A stretch of 39,782 bases of DNA from an uncultured Coriobacteriaceae bacterium (GTDB taxonomy: Bacteria; Actinomycetota; Coriobacteriia; Anaerosomatales; SLCP01), in contig CAYGKH010000003.1 in assembly GCA_964350345.1 (NCBI GenBank), forward strand, positions 1-39,782, written 5' to 3'. Of the stretch, positions 1 to 8,833 are shown one piece after another. The notes under the pieces are model-generated. The model saw only the letters and a program-made list of their open reading frames with translations. It searched no databases and was not told where the DNA came from. Numbering within the stretch: the first letter of the stretch is position 1; each line of letters starts with the position of its first letter. The position numbers and the translations under genes are program-made.

Positions 1-951
1 CCCGTAGACGGCGAGTTCGAACCTGCCGGAGAGCGCCGCGAGGGGGCGTGCGAGCGACGGCGCGCGTGCAGCGACGTCGAACAGAAGCTCGGCGTTCGTA
101 CGCGTGCGGGTCCGGGTGAGGAGCCCGGCCTCGGCAAGTGAGCGTGCCGCTCCACCGAAGAGCGCGCGGACCGCCTCGGCGAACCTGCCCGCCGCGGCAA
201 GCGATTCGGCGTAGGCGAGGGCGTCGGCCGGAAGCGCCTCCGCGGCCGCAACGACCGCCACGCCGCCGTGCGATGCGGCGGGGGTCCGCCCGGATACCGA
301 TGTGCTCGCCCGAAGCCGCACGGCGAGGCGCACGAGCACCCACAGCAGTGCGGCGGCAAGCCCGGCGATCACCACGCCGAGCCCGATCGCCATGATGCGC
401 CGAGGCGCGCTCGACGAGGCAAGCGCGGTCTGCCACCGCTCGAAGGCCGCAGCGACGCGGTCAATGAACTCGCCGAGCAGTTCGCTCAGCGGCGAGCGGA
501 CGCTGAGATTCGATTCGTCGAGCAGTTCCTGCAGCACGTCCGCATCGGCTGGCACCGGGTCATCATCCCCGGGCAACGAACGCTCGATAGCCCGCAGGTG
601 TTCAGCCATCTCCCCGGCGATCTCAGCGCGAACCGGCGGGTCACGGGAGACATCGAGCCGCGTGAGCAGCGCGCGGAAGGTCGAGTGGTCGGCGAGCACC
701 TCCGTCTCGCCCACGACGACCCGTTCGGAGATGGGAAGTTCGCGCAGAAGTGCGGGCACGAGCGGACCGGGACTCGCCTCGCCACCCGTCTCCAGATACC
801 CCTCGAGGCTCTCGCGCGCCGAGAGGACCCGGTCGCGATAGTCGGCGACGGCGGTGGCGGTCGTGGCGGTCGCTGTGGACGGGGCACCCCCGATTGCGAT
901 CGCCAGGAGCAGTACCGGGAGCACTCCGATCCAACCGCCGCGGGCCATCAT
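1..951 (-). CDS. Partial CDS (3' end runs off the window): membrane-anchored DUF4129-like protein
   Basis: Absent from the supplied ORF track because there is no stop in the window. My own minus-strand translation from the ATGATG at 951/948 gives 317 uninterrupted codons: MMARGGWIGVLPVLLLAIAIGG..., a central TM helix IMAIGLGVVIAGLAAALLWVLV, then AESLAAAGRFAEAVRALF...NAELL...FELAVYG, which resembles a DUF4129-type C-terminus. GAGGAGG lies just upstream. The start overlaps the stop of the upstream gene at 948-950. Confidence 0.55.
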   Translation of the reverse strand, partial: MMARGGWIGVLPVLLLAIAIGGAPSTATATTATAVADYRDRVLSARESLEGYLETGGEASPGPLVPALLRELPISERVVVGETEVLADHSTFRALLTRLDVSRDPPVRAEIAGEMAEHLRAIERSLPGDDDPVPADADVLQELLDESNLSVRSPLSELLGEFIDRVAAAFERWQTALASSSAPRRIMAIGLGVVIAGLAAALLWVLVRLAVRLRASTSVSGRTPAASHGGVAVVAAAEALPADALAYAESLAAAGRFAEAVRALFGGAARSLAEAGLLTRTRTRTNAELLFDVAARAPSLARPLAALSGRFELAVYG

Positions 952-1805
952 CGCCTCCTCCCGCCGAGGAGGGCCGCCCGCGCCACGAGGTCCATCCCCT
1001 CGCGCCGCGAGCGCAGGTCGGCGTAGAAGAAGAACCATGCGAACTCGATGAAGGGCATCACAAGTGCCACCGACGCCGCCGTAAGCAGTCCCTCGAAGGT
1101 CTTCCAGCCCACCGAGACAGGCTCAAATACCGCCTCCGGGTTCTGCACCGACGCCATGACCTGACGGACGATCGAGGGCGAGGTCACCGCTGTCTCCAGA
1201 ACGAGGGTGAAAAGCGAGAGGAACACGAAGAAGCCGATGAGTCTCCACGCATGCCCGCTCGTGAGTTGCCAGGAACGCCGAAAAGCCGTCTCGAACCCTG
1301 CACCCTCCACCGCCGCGATGGCAGGCGCAAGCGCGAACCTGACTGCGAAGATGACTCCGGGCACGATGAAGAAGAGGCCGAGCACGCCCGCAGAAAATAC
1401 GAGCACGAGACTCACCAGCGCGTACGTCAGGAACCGCCGCCATCCCACGGCAAGCACGCCGCGGACACCAGGAGGGTCGTCGGACATGAACGACCCCGCA
1501 GCTCTCAACAGGGCGCAGGCGAGATAGGCGCGGGCGACCCAGAAGAACGGAGCTGTCACGTTCGATGCAAGCGCGAACAGCGCGAGCGAGTCGAATCCGG
1601 CAAGATCGCCGGTTCCCTCACCGAGCACCGGCACGAGTGCGAGAAGGCCCCGCGTGTAGAAGACCTGGGCCACGCCGACCACCAGTGCGACGGGAAAGAC
1701 CGTGAGCAGCGAGACGACAGCGACGGTGCGGATGTTCGCCCGGTAGAGTCCGAAGGCGTCGTCGAGCACCCTCCCCACTCCGACCGGTCGCCACACCCGG
1801 CTCAC
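948..1805 (-). CDS. Polytopic integral membrane protein, function unknown
   Basis: 285-aa ORF with about 6 hydrophobic helices (VAVVSLLTVFPVALVVGVAQVF, LVSLVLVFSAGVLGLFFIVPGVIF, LIGFFVFLSLFTLVL). Its GTG start overlaps the birA stop (GTGA) and its stop overlaps the next start. No catalytic motif recognised. Confidence 0.6.
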   Translation of the reverse strand: MSRVWRPVGVGRVLDDAFGLYRANIRTVAVVSLLTVFPVALVVGVAQVFYTRGLLALVPVLGEGTGDLAGFDSLALFALASNVTAPFFWVARAYLACALLRAAGSFMSDDPPGVRGVLAVGWRRFLTYALVSLVLVFSAGVLGLFFIVPGVIFAVRFALAPAIAAVEGAGFETAFRRSWQLTSGHAWRLIGFFVFLSLFTLVLETAVTSPSIVRQVMASVQNPEAVFEPVSVGWKTFEGLLTAASVALVMPFIEFAWFFFYADLRSRREGMDLVARAALLGGRRR

Positions 1806-2806
1806 GGTGAACCGCCGCCAGCGTGCGGCTCGGCCAGCGTGACATCCCCGGAACTCACCGGGACGAGGTCCCCTTCATCGCCACCGCGTACGAGCAGGCG
1901 GCCGAGATCATCGATCCCCTCGGCCGTCCCTTTAGCGACGAGCCGTCCGCTGATGTCGTGCACGCGCACCGGCGTACCCCGGAGCGCATCGAGCGGCTCG
2001 GCTGCAACGCGCACAGCGCCGAGGCCCTCGTCTAGCAGGAGCCGATAGCCGCGCGAGATCCCGTCGAGGACGGCCGCGGCCGCCTCCGCAAGCCGGGGCG
2101 CCGCGTCGTCTGACTGCATGTCCGCGAGGTAGGCCGCGCCCTCGGCGACGCAAGCAGGGCGCACCACGTTGAGGCCGACCCCGGCGACGACCCACGCGGT
2201 GCGATCGGCCTCTCCGGCAATCTCGAGGAGCACGCCTCCGAGCTTGCCGCCACCGGCGAGCAACAGATCGTTGGGCCACTTGACGCGCACCGAGCCCACG
2301 ACGCCGAACCGCTCCCCGACCTCGGCAGCCACACCCCACGCGACCGCAAGAGGCAGCCCGGTAAGCTCGCCGGGAGTCAGTGGTGGCCGCAGCACGGCCG
2401 AAACGTAGACGCCTCCCGCGGGCGACGTCCACTCCCGGCCGAGACGCCCCTTGCCCGCAGTCTGTACTGAAGCCAGTACCGCACTACCGTGAGGCGCTCC
2501 CTCTCGGGCCAGCCGGACGGCATCGACGTTCGTCGACCCGGTCACTCCGCCGCCGAGGAGCTGCTCCCACCCTTCGCCGTGCAGGGCGAGCCGCACCTCT
2601 GCAGGGAGCGGGGCGTCCGGCACGCCGAGGAGCTGGTAGCCGCGGCCGGGGACCGCGTCGATGTCGTAGCCCGACTCGCGCAGTCCTGCCACGTGCTTAC
2701 CCACCGCGACCCGGGAGACGTCGAGACGGCCTGCGAGCAGCTCGCCCGAGATACCGCCCGGAGCTGCATCCCGCAGCGCAGCGAGCACGTCGTCGCGGGT
2801 GCTCAC
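1802..2806 (-). CDS. birA: Bifunctional biotin--[acetyl-CoA-carboxylase] ligase / biotin operon repressor
   Basis: N-terminal winged-HTH (ISGELLAGRLDVSRVAVGKHVAGLRESGYDI). Biotin-ligase glycine-rich motif QTAGKGRLGREWTSPAGG. KWPNDLLL motif. GTGA overlap with the dedA stop. Confidence 0.9.
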   Translation of the reverse strand: MSTRDDVLAALRDAAPGGISGELLAGRLDVSRVAVGKHVAGLRESGYDIDAVPGRGYQLLGVPDAPLPAEVRLALHGEGWEQLLGGGVTGSTNVDAVRLAREGAPHGSAVLASVQTAGKGRLGREWTSPAGGVYVSAVLRPPLTPGELTGLPLAVAWGVAAEVGERFGVVGSVRVKWPNDLLLAGGGKLGGVLLEIAGEADRTAWVVAGVGLNVVRPACVAEGAAYLADMQSDDAAPRLAEAAAAVLDGISRGYRLLLDEGLGAVRVAAEPLDALRGTPVRVHDISGRLVAKGTAEGIDDLGRLLVRGGDEGDLVPVSSGDVTLAEPHAGGGSP

Positions 2807-3483
2807 CCGGCCTCACCCTCGTCGCCGGCGGCTGTGGCACGCGCCTCGGCCCTGCGGGCCCGCAGGCGCCGCACCGCCACGACGGCGCTGATCACCAGTG
2901 CGACGAAGACCGTCAGTCCCGCATAGCCCACGCCCGAGACTATCGCCAGCGCCCGCTCGAAGTTCTCGCCGACGAAATACCCGATAAGCATGATAATCGT
3001 CGTATAGGTCGCAGCGCCCAGGAGCGTGTAGAACTCGAACCACGGCAGTCGCATCCGCGAGACCCCGGCGATCATCGGCACGAAACTCTTGAAGCCGACG
3101 GTGAAGCGGGAGATGAACACAGTCTTGGAACCGTGCAAGAAGAAGTACTCCTCGGCCTCTGCGATCCGCTCCTCACTGATGCGAAACCGGTTCCCGTAGC
3201 GCACGAGTGCCTCGCGTCCGCCTCTCCGGCCAAGGAAGTAGCTGATGTTGCTGCCGATCGTTGTCCCGAGAACGGCGTAGACCCACACGAGAGCAAACGA
3301 TAGCGAACCGTACTGGGGTGTCGACAGGAACGCTCCGCCCACCACGACCGTCTCGCCCGGGGTGAACGCGCCCACGATGAAGATGTTCTCGAGCACGGTG
3401 ATGCCGAACACCATCGGGTATCCGGCCGCGTCGAGAAAGCCGAGGAACCAGTCGAGCAACGGGACTCCGGTGATGGGACCCAC
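2803..3483 (-). CDS. DedA/SNARE-associated family membrane protein
   Basis: GYPMVFGITVLENIFIVGAFTPGETVVV signature, 4-5 TM helices. GTG start preceded by GGGGAGGAAG. Confidence 0.85.
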   Translation of the reverse strand: MGPITGVPLLDWFLGFLDAAGYPMVFGITVLENIFIVGAFTPGETVVVGGAFLSTPQYGSLSFALVWVYAVLGTTIGSNISYFLGRRGGREALVRYGNRFRISEERIAEAEEYFFLHGSKTVFISRFTVGFKSFVPMIAGVSRMRLPWFEFYTLLGAATYTTIIMLIGYFVGENFERALAIVSGVGYAGLTVFVALVISAVVAVRRLRARRAEARATAAGDEGEAG

Positions 3484-3502
3484 GTGACCGCTTCCTCCCC
3501 TG

Positions 3503-4453
3503 CTACGCCTGAGTGTTTACCACTTCATCGAACCCGAAGTCGAGCGGTGGCGCAAGGGTCAAGGCGCTAGTCGATATCCGATCGATACCTGCGGCGGCGA
3601 CCCGGTTCAGATCCTCGAACCGGATTCCACCTGATGCCTCGGTCAGACAGTGGCGCCCGGCGGCTTTCGCTTCGGCCCGGACAGCCGTGACCGCTCTGGC
3701 CAGCATGACGCCGTCCATGTTGTCGAGCAACACGATGTCGGCCCCTGCCCGCACGGCCTCCTCGGCCTGCGCGATGGTATCGGCCTCCACCTCGAGCAGC
3801 AACTCCGGGTGGGCGGCTCGCGCCTTCTCGATCGCGGCAGTGACACCGCCTGCCATGCGGATATGGTTGTCCTTCACCAGCACCATGTCCCAGAGTCCCG
3901 CCCGGTGCGGATGACCGCCCCCGCACACTACGGCCCACTTGGAGAGTACGCGAAGCCCGGGCAGCGTCTTGCGCGTGTCGCAGATGTCCACACCGGGGGC
4001 AGCGGCGCTCCAGCGGGCTGCCTCACTCGCGATCCCCGAGAGCGTCATGAGCACGTTGAGCGCTGTCCGCTCCGCAGCAAGCACGACCGCCGAGGGGCCC
4101 TCGACCGCGAGCACGGTCCTCCCGGGCGCGAGGCTGTCACCCTCCACGGCGAGTGGCTCGATCACGAGAGTGTCCGGCGCGATGCCCGCCGCCGCCGCGA
4201 GCATCGTCCACGCGCGTGTCGCCACCCCGATGCCGCAGACCACACCCGCCTCGCGTGCGACCACGTGGCCCCCGAACCGCGAACCTGGCACGGCGACCGC
4301 GTACGTGGTGACGTCTCGCGTAAGCAGGTCGGACTGCGCCCCGGGAGTGGTCGGGGGCGCGAGCAGCCGCTGCGGCGATACGCCGAGATCCTCGGCGAGA
4401 GCGCGGGCGACGAGATCGTCGAACGGTGGCGGAGGCAGGGGCGATCTCATCAT
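3503..4453 (-). CDS. nadC: Nicotinate-nucleotide diphosphorylase (quinolinate phosphoribosyltransferase)
   Basis: From the internal MMRSPLPPPPFDDLVARALAEDLG... start: TRKTLPGLR, VLVKDNHI, LLDNM, ASGGI motifs. ATG at 4453 overlaps the nadB stop (ATGATGA), in frame with the track ORF 3503..5164. The track's upstream 237 codons are R/G/P-rich and overlap nadB. Confidence 0.9.
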   Translation of the reverse strand: MMRSPLPPPPFDDLVARALAEDLGVSPQRLLAPPTTPGAQSDLLTRDVTTYAVAVPGSRFGGHVVAREAGVVCGIGVATRAWTMLAAAAGIAPDTLVIEPLAVEGDSLAPGRTVLAVEGPSAVVLAAERTALNVLMTLSGIASEAARWSAAAPGVDICDTRKTLPGLRVLSKWAVVCGGGHPHRAGLWDMVLVKDNHIRMAGGVTAAIEKARAAHPELLLEVEADTIAQAEEAVRAGADIVLLDNMDGVMLARAVTAVRAEAKAAGRHCLTEASGGIRFEDLNRVAAAGIDRISTSALTLAPPLDFGFDEVVNTQA

Positions 4454-6165
4454 GCGGACCCCCTGCCCGCAGGCACGAACCTCGGCCCTTGGCCGCGCTG
4501 CCAGACCAGGTGACCCGACCAGTGAGCGTCGTCGCGGTCGGGGAAGTCGATGCGGCTGTGGGCGCCCCGGGTCTCGTTCCGCAGCCGGGCGGCGTGGGAC
4601 ACCAGGCACCCGACCGTGATCATGTTCTGGACCTCGAGTTCCTCGGAACGCCTGAGGCTGACGTCCAGTAAGCGACTCAGGCCCGAAAGCACGGTCGCGG
4701 CCTCGGCCAGGCCGCCCTCGGAGCGCGTCATCCCCACGAATCCGGTCATCACCTGCTGTACCGTATCGCGCGCCGCACCGATCGCGAACGCCGCCGTGCG
4801 GTCGGCCTCGCCCGAAACGATTCGTTCCGGACGGGCGGCTCCCGTCTCGCCCTGCAGCACGCGGGCGATCCGGCGCGAGTAGACGACACCTTCCAACAGG
4901 GAGTTCGAGGCGAGCCGGTTCGCACCGTGCAGCCCCGAAGCCGTCACCTCTCCTGCTGCGAACAAACCGGGCACCGACGTGCGGCCGTCGAGATCGACCG
5001 TCACGCCACCCACCATGTAGTGCGCAGCCGGAGCGACGGGGACGAGCTCGGCGGACAGGTCGTATCCCGCTTCCCTGCACCGCTCCCAGATCGTCGGGAA
5101 CCGCTTGGAGAGGTGTTCCTCGCCGAGGTGCCGGGCATCGAGCCACACGTGCGGCTCGTCGCAACGAACCATCACCTTCTCGATCTCGCGTGTGACGACG
5201 TCGCGGGGAGCCAACTCGCCGAGGGGGTGCACTGCCGTCATGAACCGCTCGCCACGGCAGTCGAGGAGGTACGCCCCTTCTCCGCGAAGCGCCTCGGTGA
5301 TGAGCGACTTGGGATGGTCCTCGTTATCGAGCGCAGTGGGGTGGAACTGGACGAACTCGACGTCGCTGACCTCCGCACCAGCGCGCCACGCCGCGGCCAG
5401 GCCGTCACCAGTTGCGATCAGGGGGTTGGTCGTCACGCGGAACACCTGTCCGCAGCCGCCCGTCGCAAGCACGACAGCGTCGGCCCAGAGCACCTTCGGA
5501 CGGGCCCTCTCGCCACCTGTGACGAGCGCGCCGACACACCGGTCGCCTGCGGTCAGCAGGTCGACGAGGAAGTGCTCTTCAAGCGTCTCGATGTGATCAG
5601 CTGCGCGCACCGCCGCGGTGAGCGCAGCCTGGATGCTCGCTCCGGTCGCATCGCCCGTGTGCAGCACGCGCGGCAGGCTGTGCCCGCCCTCTCGCGCCAA
5701 CCGCGGCTCACCGCCCTCGGCAGCATCGAAAAGGACCCCGAACCCCGCGAGTTCGGCAAGTGCGTCGGCGGCCTCTCCGACCACGGCGCGCACGACGTCT
5801 TCGTCGCAGAGCCCCTGACCCACCACGAGCGTGTCGGCGAGGTGCAGCTCGACCGAGTCCGCCTCACCCACAGCGCCCGCGATCCCGCCCTGCGCGTACC
5901 AGGTCGCGGTCTCGCTGAGGCGCGCCTTCGTCACGAGTCCGACGCGGCGCTTCGGGCCGAGGGACAGCGCGGCCGTCAGCCCTGCGATCCCCGAGCCGAC
6001 CACGAGCACGTCGTAGTGCTCCTGCAGAAGCTCGGCGGTGTCGAACTCGAGCAGATACCGCCGCCCTAGCGCCTCGGGCAGCGCCCCTGCACGTATCTGT
6101 GCGCCGTCATCCAAGTGCGACCATCCGCTCCACCGCGCCAAGCGCGCGCCTGGCGACCTCGGCAT
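4450..6165 (-). CDS. nadB: L-aspartate oxidase
   Basis: FAD dinucleotide fold YDVLVVGSGIAGLTAAL, plus HPTAL, RGEGAYL and HYMVGGV motifs. The start is uncertain. ATG 6165 overlaps nadA by 59 nt; an in-frame TTG at 6114, overlapping the nadA stop, is an alternative. Confidence 0.9.
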   Translation of the reverse strand: MPRSPGARLARWSGWSHLDDGAQIRAGALPEALGRRYLLEFDTAELLQEHYDVLVVGSGIAGLTAALSLGPKRRVGLVTKARLSETATWYAQGGIAGAVGEADSVELHLADTLVVGQGLCDEDVVRAVVGEAADALAELAGFGVLFDAAEGGEPRLAREGGHSLPRVLHTGDATGASIQAALTAAVRAADHIETLEEHFLVDLLTAGDRCVGALVTGGERARPKVLWADAVVLATGGCGQVFRVTTNPLIATGDGLAAAWRAGAEVSDVEFVQFHPTALDNEDHPKSLITEALRGEGAYLLDCRGERFMTAVHPLGELAPRDVVTREIEKVMVRCDEPHVWLDARHLGEEHLSKRFPTIWERCREAGYDLSAELVPVAPAAHYMVGGVTVDLDGRTSVPGLFAAGEVTASGLHGANRLASNSLLEGVVYSRRIARVLQGETGAARPERIVSGEADRTAAFAIGAARDTVQQVMTGFVGMTRSEGGLAEAATVLSGLSRLLDVSLRRSEELEVQNMITVGCLVSHAARLRNETRGAHSRIDFPDRDDAHWSGHLVWQRGQGPRFVPAGRGSA

Positions 6166-7030
6166 CTACCTCGATCGCAGTGTGCATCCCGGCGAGCGAG
6201 TCACGCACCTTCTCGATCGTCGTGACCTTCATGTTCGGGCAGAGCATCCTCGGGTCGAGGTTCACGAACCGCTTGCCCGGCGCCGCCTTCGCGAGCCCGT
6301 GCAGCAGGCCCTCCTCGGTCACGACGATGAACTCTTCAGCCGCCGAGGACTCCGCCCACCTGAGCATCTGACTCGTCGAGAGCACGGCGTCGGCGAGCGC
6401 GCAGACCTCCGGACGACACTCCGGGTGCGCGATTATCTCGGCTGCGGGATGGCGCTCGACCGCCTCGCGCACCTGCTCGACGGTGACATCCTCGTGCGTC
6501 GGGCACCAGCCCTCCCATGCGATCACCTCGACGCCGGGCAGCTGAGAGCCCACCCATGCCGCAAGGTTCTTGTCCGGCCCGAAGAGGATGCGACCGGTGC
6601 CCAGCGACCGTACGATCTCGACCGCGTTGGCGGACGTGCAACAGATGTCAGAGAGCGCCTTGACCTCTGCCGAGGAGTTCACATACGTCACCACCGGCAC
6701 GCCCGGATACTCGTCGCGCCACGCCGCCAGCTGCTCGCCCGTGAGCATGTCGGCCATCGGACACCCGGCGCGGGGCTCGGGCATCAGCACGGTCTTGGCG
6801 GGCGAGAGGATCTTCGCCGTCTCGGCCATGAAGTGCACGCCTGCGAAGACGATCACGGACGCATCCGTTTCGGCAGCGCGGCGCGAAAGCCCGAGCGAGT
6901 CGCCGACGAAGTCCGCCACCTCCTGGACCTCCGCGCGCTGGTAGTTGTGCGCGAGGATCACCGCATCACGCTGTCCGGCGAGCGTCCGGATCTCGTCGTG
7001 CAGTGCCGAGGGGTCGATCATGCGCTCCAT
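6107..7030 (-). CDS. nadA: Quinolinate synthase
   Basis: ILAHNYQ, VHFMAETAKIL, CPMA, YVNSSAEVKA, CTSANA and CPNMK motifs typical of NadA. Confidence 0.93.
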   Translation of the reverse strand: MERMIDPSALHDEIRTLAGQRDAVILAHNYQRAEVQEVADFVGDSLGLSRRAAETDASVIVFAGVHFMAETAKILSPAKTVLMPEPRAGCPMADMLTGEQLAAWRDEYPGVPVVTYVNSSAEVKALSDICCTSANAVEIVRSLGTGRILFGPDKNLAAWVGSQLPGVEVIAWEGWCPTHEDVTVEQVREAVERHPAAEIIAHPECRPEVCALADAVLSTSQMLRWAESSAAEEFIVVTEEGLLHGLAKAAPGKRFVNLDPRMLCPNMKVTTIEKVRDSLAGMHTAIEVDAEVARRALGAVERMVALG

Positions 7031-7036
7031 GGCGGC

Positions 7037-7918
7037 CTACATCCCTTCACTGTCCGCGCGCACGGCAGTCTGGCCCACCGTGAGCGCAACGTTGTCGATC
7101 AGTCGTGTGGTCCCGATCCGTCCGGCGATCAACGCGCGCGCCGGGCCCTCGATGCGGTCGACCGGTTCGAGGGTGACCGGGTCGACGACGATCGCGTAGT
7201 CAAGAGCAAGCCCCGCGATACCCGCGGTGCACTCCAGCATCGCACGCTCGATCGCACGTGCCTCCTGCTCACCCGCAGCGGCGGCGGCCAGAGCAGCATC
7301 GAGCGCAGCCGGCAACGCAAGAGCAGCACCACGTTCAGCCGCCGAGAGGTAGGCATTTCGGCTGGAGAGCGCGAGCCCGTCGGTGTCCCTCACGATCGGA
7401 CAGCGCACCACTCGCACACCAAGGTCCAGATCGATGACGAGCCGCTCGATGACTCGCAGTTGCTGATAGTCCTTCTCGCCGAAGAACGCCAGGTCGGGCC
7501 GGAGCACGGAGAACAGCTTGGTCACGATGGTCGCGACACCGGTGAAGTGACCGGGCCGTACCTCGCCCTCCCAGTACCTGGCGAGAGGACCCGGGTCGAC
7601 ACTCACCGCAACGTCGGGCTCATACATCGCACCCACACTCGGCGTGAAAACCAGATCGACCCCTTCCCCAGCCAGTAGTCCAAGGTCGCCATCGAGGTCG
7701 CGCGGATAGCTCTCGAAGTCCTCACCGGCGGCAAACTGAGTGGGGTTCACGAACACCGACACGACAACGTAGTCCGCCCGCTCGCACGCTGCGCGGACCA
7801 GCGACAGGTGCCCCTCGTGCAGTGCGCCCATCGTCGGCACGAATGCAACGGTCTGACCCTCGCGATGAGCTTCGGCGACGGCCCTGCGGGCCTCCTCCTT
7901 CGATGCGACCCTCTCCAC
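7037..7918 (-). CDS. panC: Pantoate--beta-alanine ligase
   Basis: VAFVPTMGALHEGHLSLV (HxGH), VSVFVNPTQF, GEKDYQQL. I prefer the in-frame GTG at 7918 (GGAAGGG 6 nt upstream, 1 nt after the panB stop) over the track's TTG at 7951, which overlaps panB by 32 nt. Confidence 0.88.
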   Translation of the reverse strand: MERVASKEEARRAVAEAHREGQTVAFVPTMGALHEGHLSLVRAACERADYVVVSVFVNPTQFAAGEDFESYPRDLDGDLGLLAGEGVDLVFTPSVGAMYEPDVAVSVDPGPLARYWEGEVRPGHFTGVATIVTKLFSVLRPDLAFFGEKDYQQLRVIERLVIDLDLGVRVVRCPIVRDTDGLALSSRNAYLSAAERGAALALPAALDAALAAAAAGEQEARAIERAMLECTAGIAGLALDYAIVVDPVTLEPVDRIEGPARALIAGRIGTTRLIDNVALTVGQTAVRADSEGM

Positions 7919-7919
7919 G

Positions 7920-8750
7920 CTAACCCTTCCGTGCCGCAGAGCCGGGCTCAAACGACCCGTCCCGCACGTCGGCAGAGTAGGCGCTCACCGCATCGCGGAT
8001 GACCGCACCGGCATCCGCATAGCGCCTCGCATGCTTCGGAACGAACTCGCCACCAAGGCCGAGCAGATCGTGGAAGACCTGCACCTGTCCGTCGCACGCC
8101 GGCCCGGCACCGATCCCGATGGTCGGAATCTCCAGCATGCCAGTGACATTCGCCGCCAGATCTGTGGGGATGCACTCGAGCACGATCGCGAACGCTCCGG
8201 CTTCCTGCAGTGCGAGACAGTCCTCGACGAGCGCCGCTGCGCCCTCTTCGTCCTTCGCCTGCACGCGATAGCCGCCGAACTGATTGACGGACTGCGGGGT
8301 AAGCCCCACATGCCCCATCACCGGTATGCCGGCCTCGGTCAGGCGCCTTACCGTGGAGGCGACGCGCACGCCGCCCTCGAGTTTGACAGCCGCAGCGCCT
8401 CCCTCGGCGAGCAGGCGACCGGCCGCACGCAGGGTTTCCTCGGCTGATATCTGAAACGTCATGAACGGCATGTCGGCGACCACGAGTGTCCGGGTGACAC
8501 CACGCACGACGGCAGCGGTGTGCCGCACCATGTCGTCGAGGGTCACCGGAAGGGTGGACTCATACCCGAGAACGGTCATGCCAAGGGAGTCGCCCACTAG
8601 GACGACGTCGACTCCTGCCTCCTCGACAAGTCTGGCCGAGGGCGTATCGTAAGCAGTGACCATCACGATGGGCTGCGCAGCCGTCTTGTACGTGCGCAGC
8701 GTTGTCGTCGTGACCGTGCGCGCTGGATCAATCGGCACCATGGCGCTCAT
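7920..8750 (-). CDS. panB: 3-methyl-2-oxobutanoate hydroxymethyltransferase
   Basis: From the internal MSAMVPIDP... start (ATG 8750, GGAAGGAG upstream, in frame): IVMVTAYD, LVGDSLGM, VVADMPF, KLEGG, GHVGLTPQ motifs. The upstream 114 codons of track ORF 7920..9092 overlap folK and look non-coding. Confidence 0.9.
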   Translation of the reverse strand: MSAMVPIDPARTVTTTTLRTYKTAAQPIVMVTAYDTPSARLVEEAGVDVVLVGDSLGMTVLGYESTLPVTLDDMVRHTAAVVRGVTRTLVVADMPFMTFQISAEETLRAAGRLLAEGGAAAVKLEGGVRVASTVRRLTEAGIPVMGHVGLTPQSVNQFGGYRVQAKDEEGAAALVEDCLALQEAGAFAIVLECIPTDLAANVTGMLEIPTIGIGAGPACDGQVQVFHDLLGLGGEFVPKHARRYADAGAVIRDAVSAYSADVRDGSFEPGSAARKG

Positions 8751-8833
8751 GGCACACTCCTTCCGTCCTGCCGTCTCAGCCCCGAATCGTCCGAGGTCCA
8801 AGCGGCCCCGTTGCGGTGGGAGGAGAGTATACC

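Noticed and set aside
750-2048. 432-aa plus-strand ORF
   Set aside because: It lies antisense to the membrane protein and birA. It is extremely R/E/H-rich, and the minus-strand frames are the coherent ones.
4454-5164. N-terminal 237 codons of track ORF 3503..5164
   Set aside because: This region overlaps nadB in another frame and is R/G/P-rich. NadC homology begins at MMRSPLPPPPFDDL, whose ATG is coupled to the nadB stop.
6038-7678. 546-aa plus-strand ORF
   Set aside because: It lies entirely antisense to the clearly recognisable nadA and panC. Its composition is R/H/D/L-rich with no motifs. This is a typical long antisense ORF in high-GC DNA.
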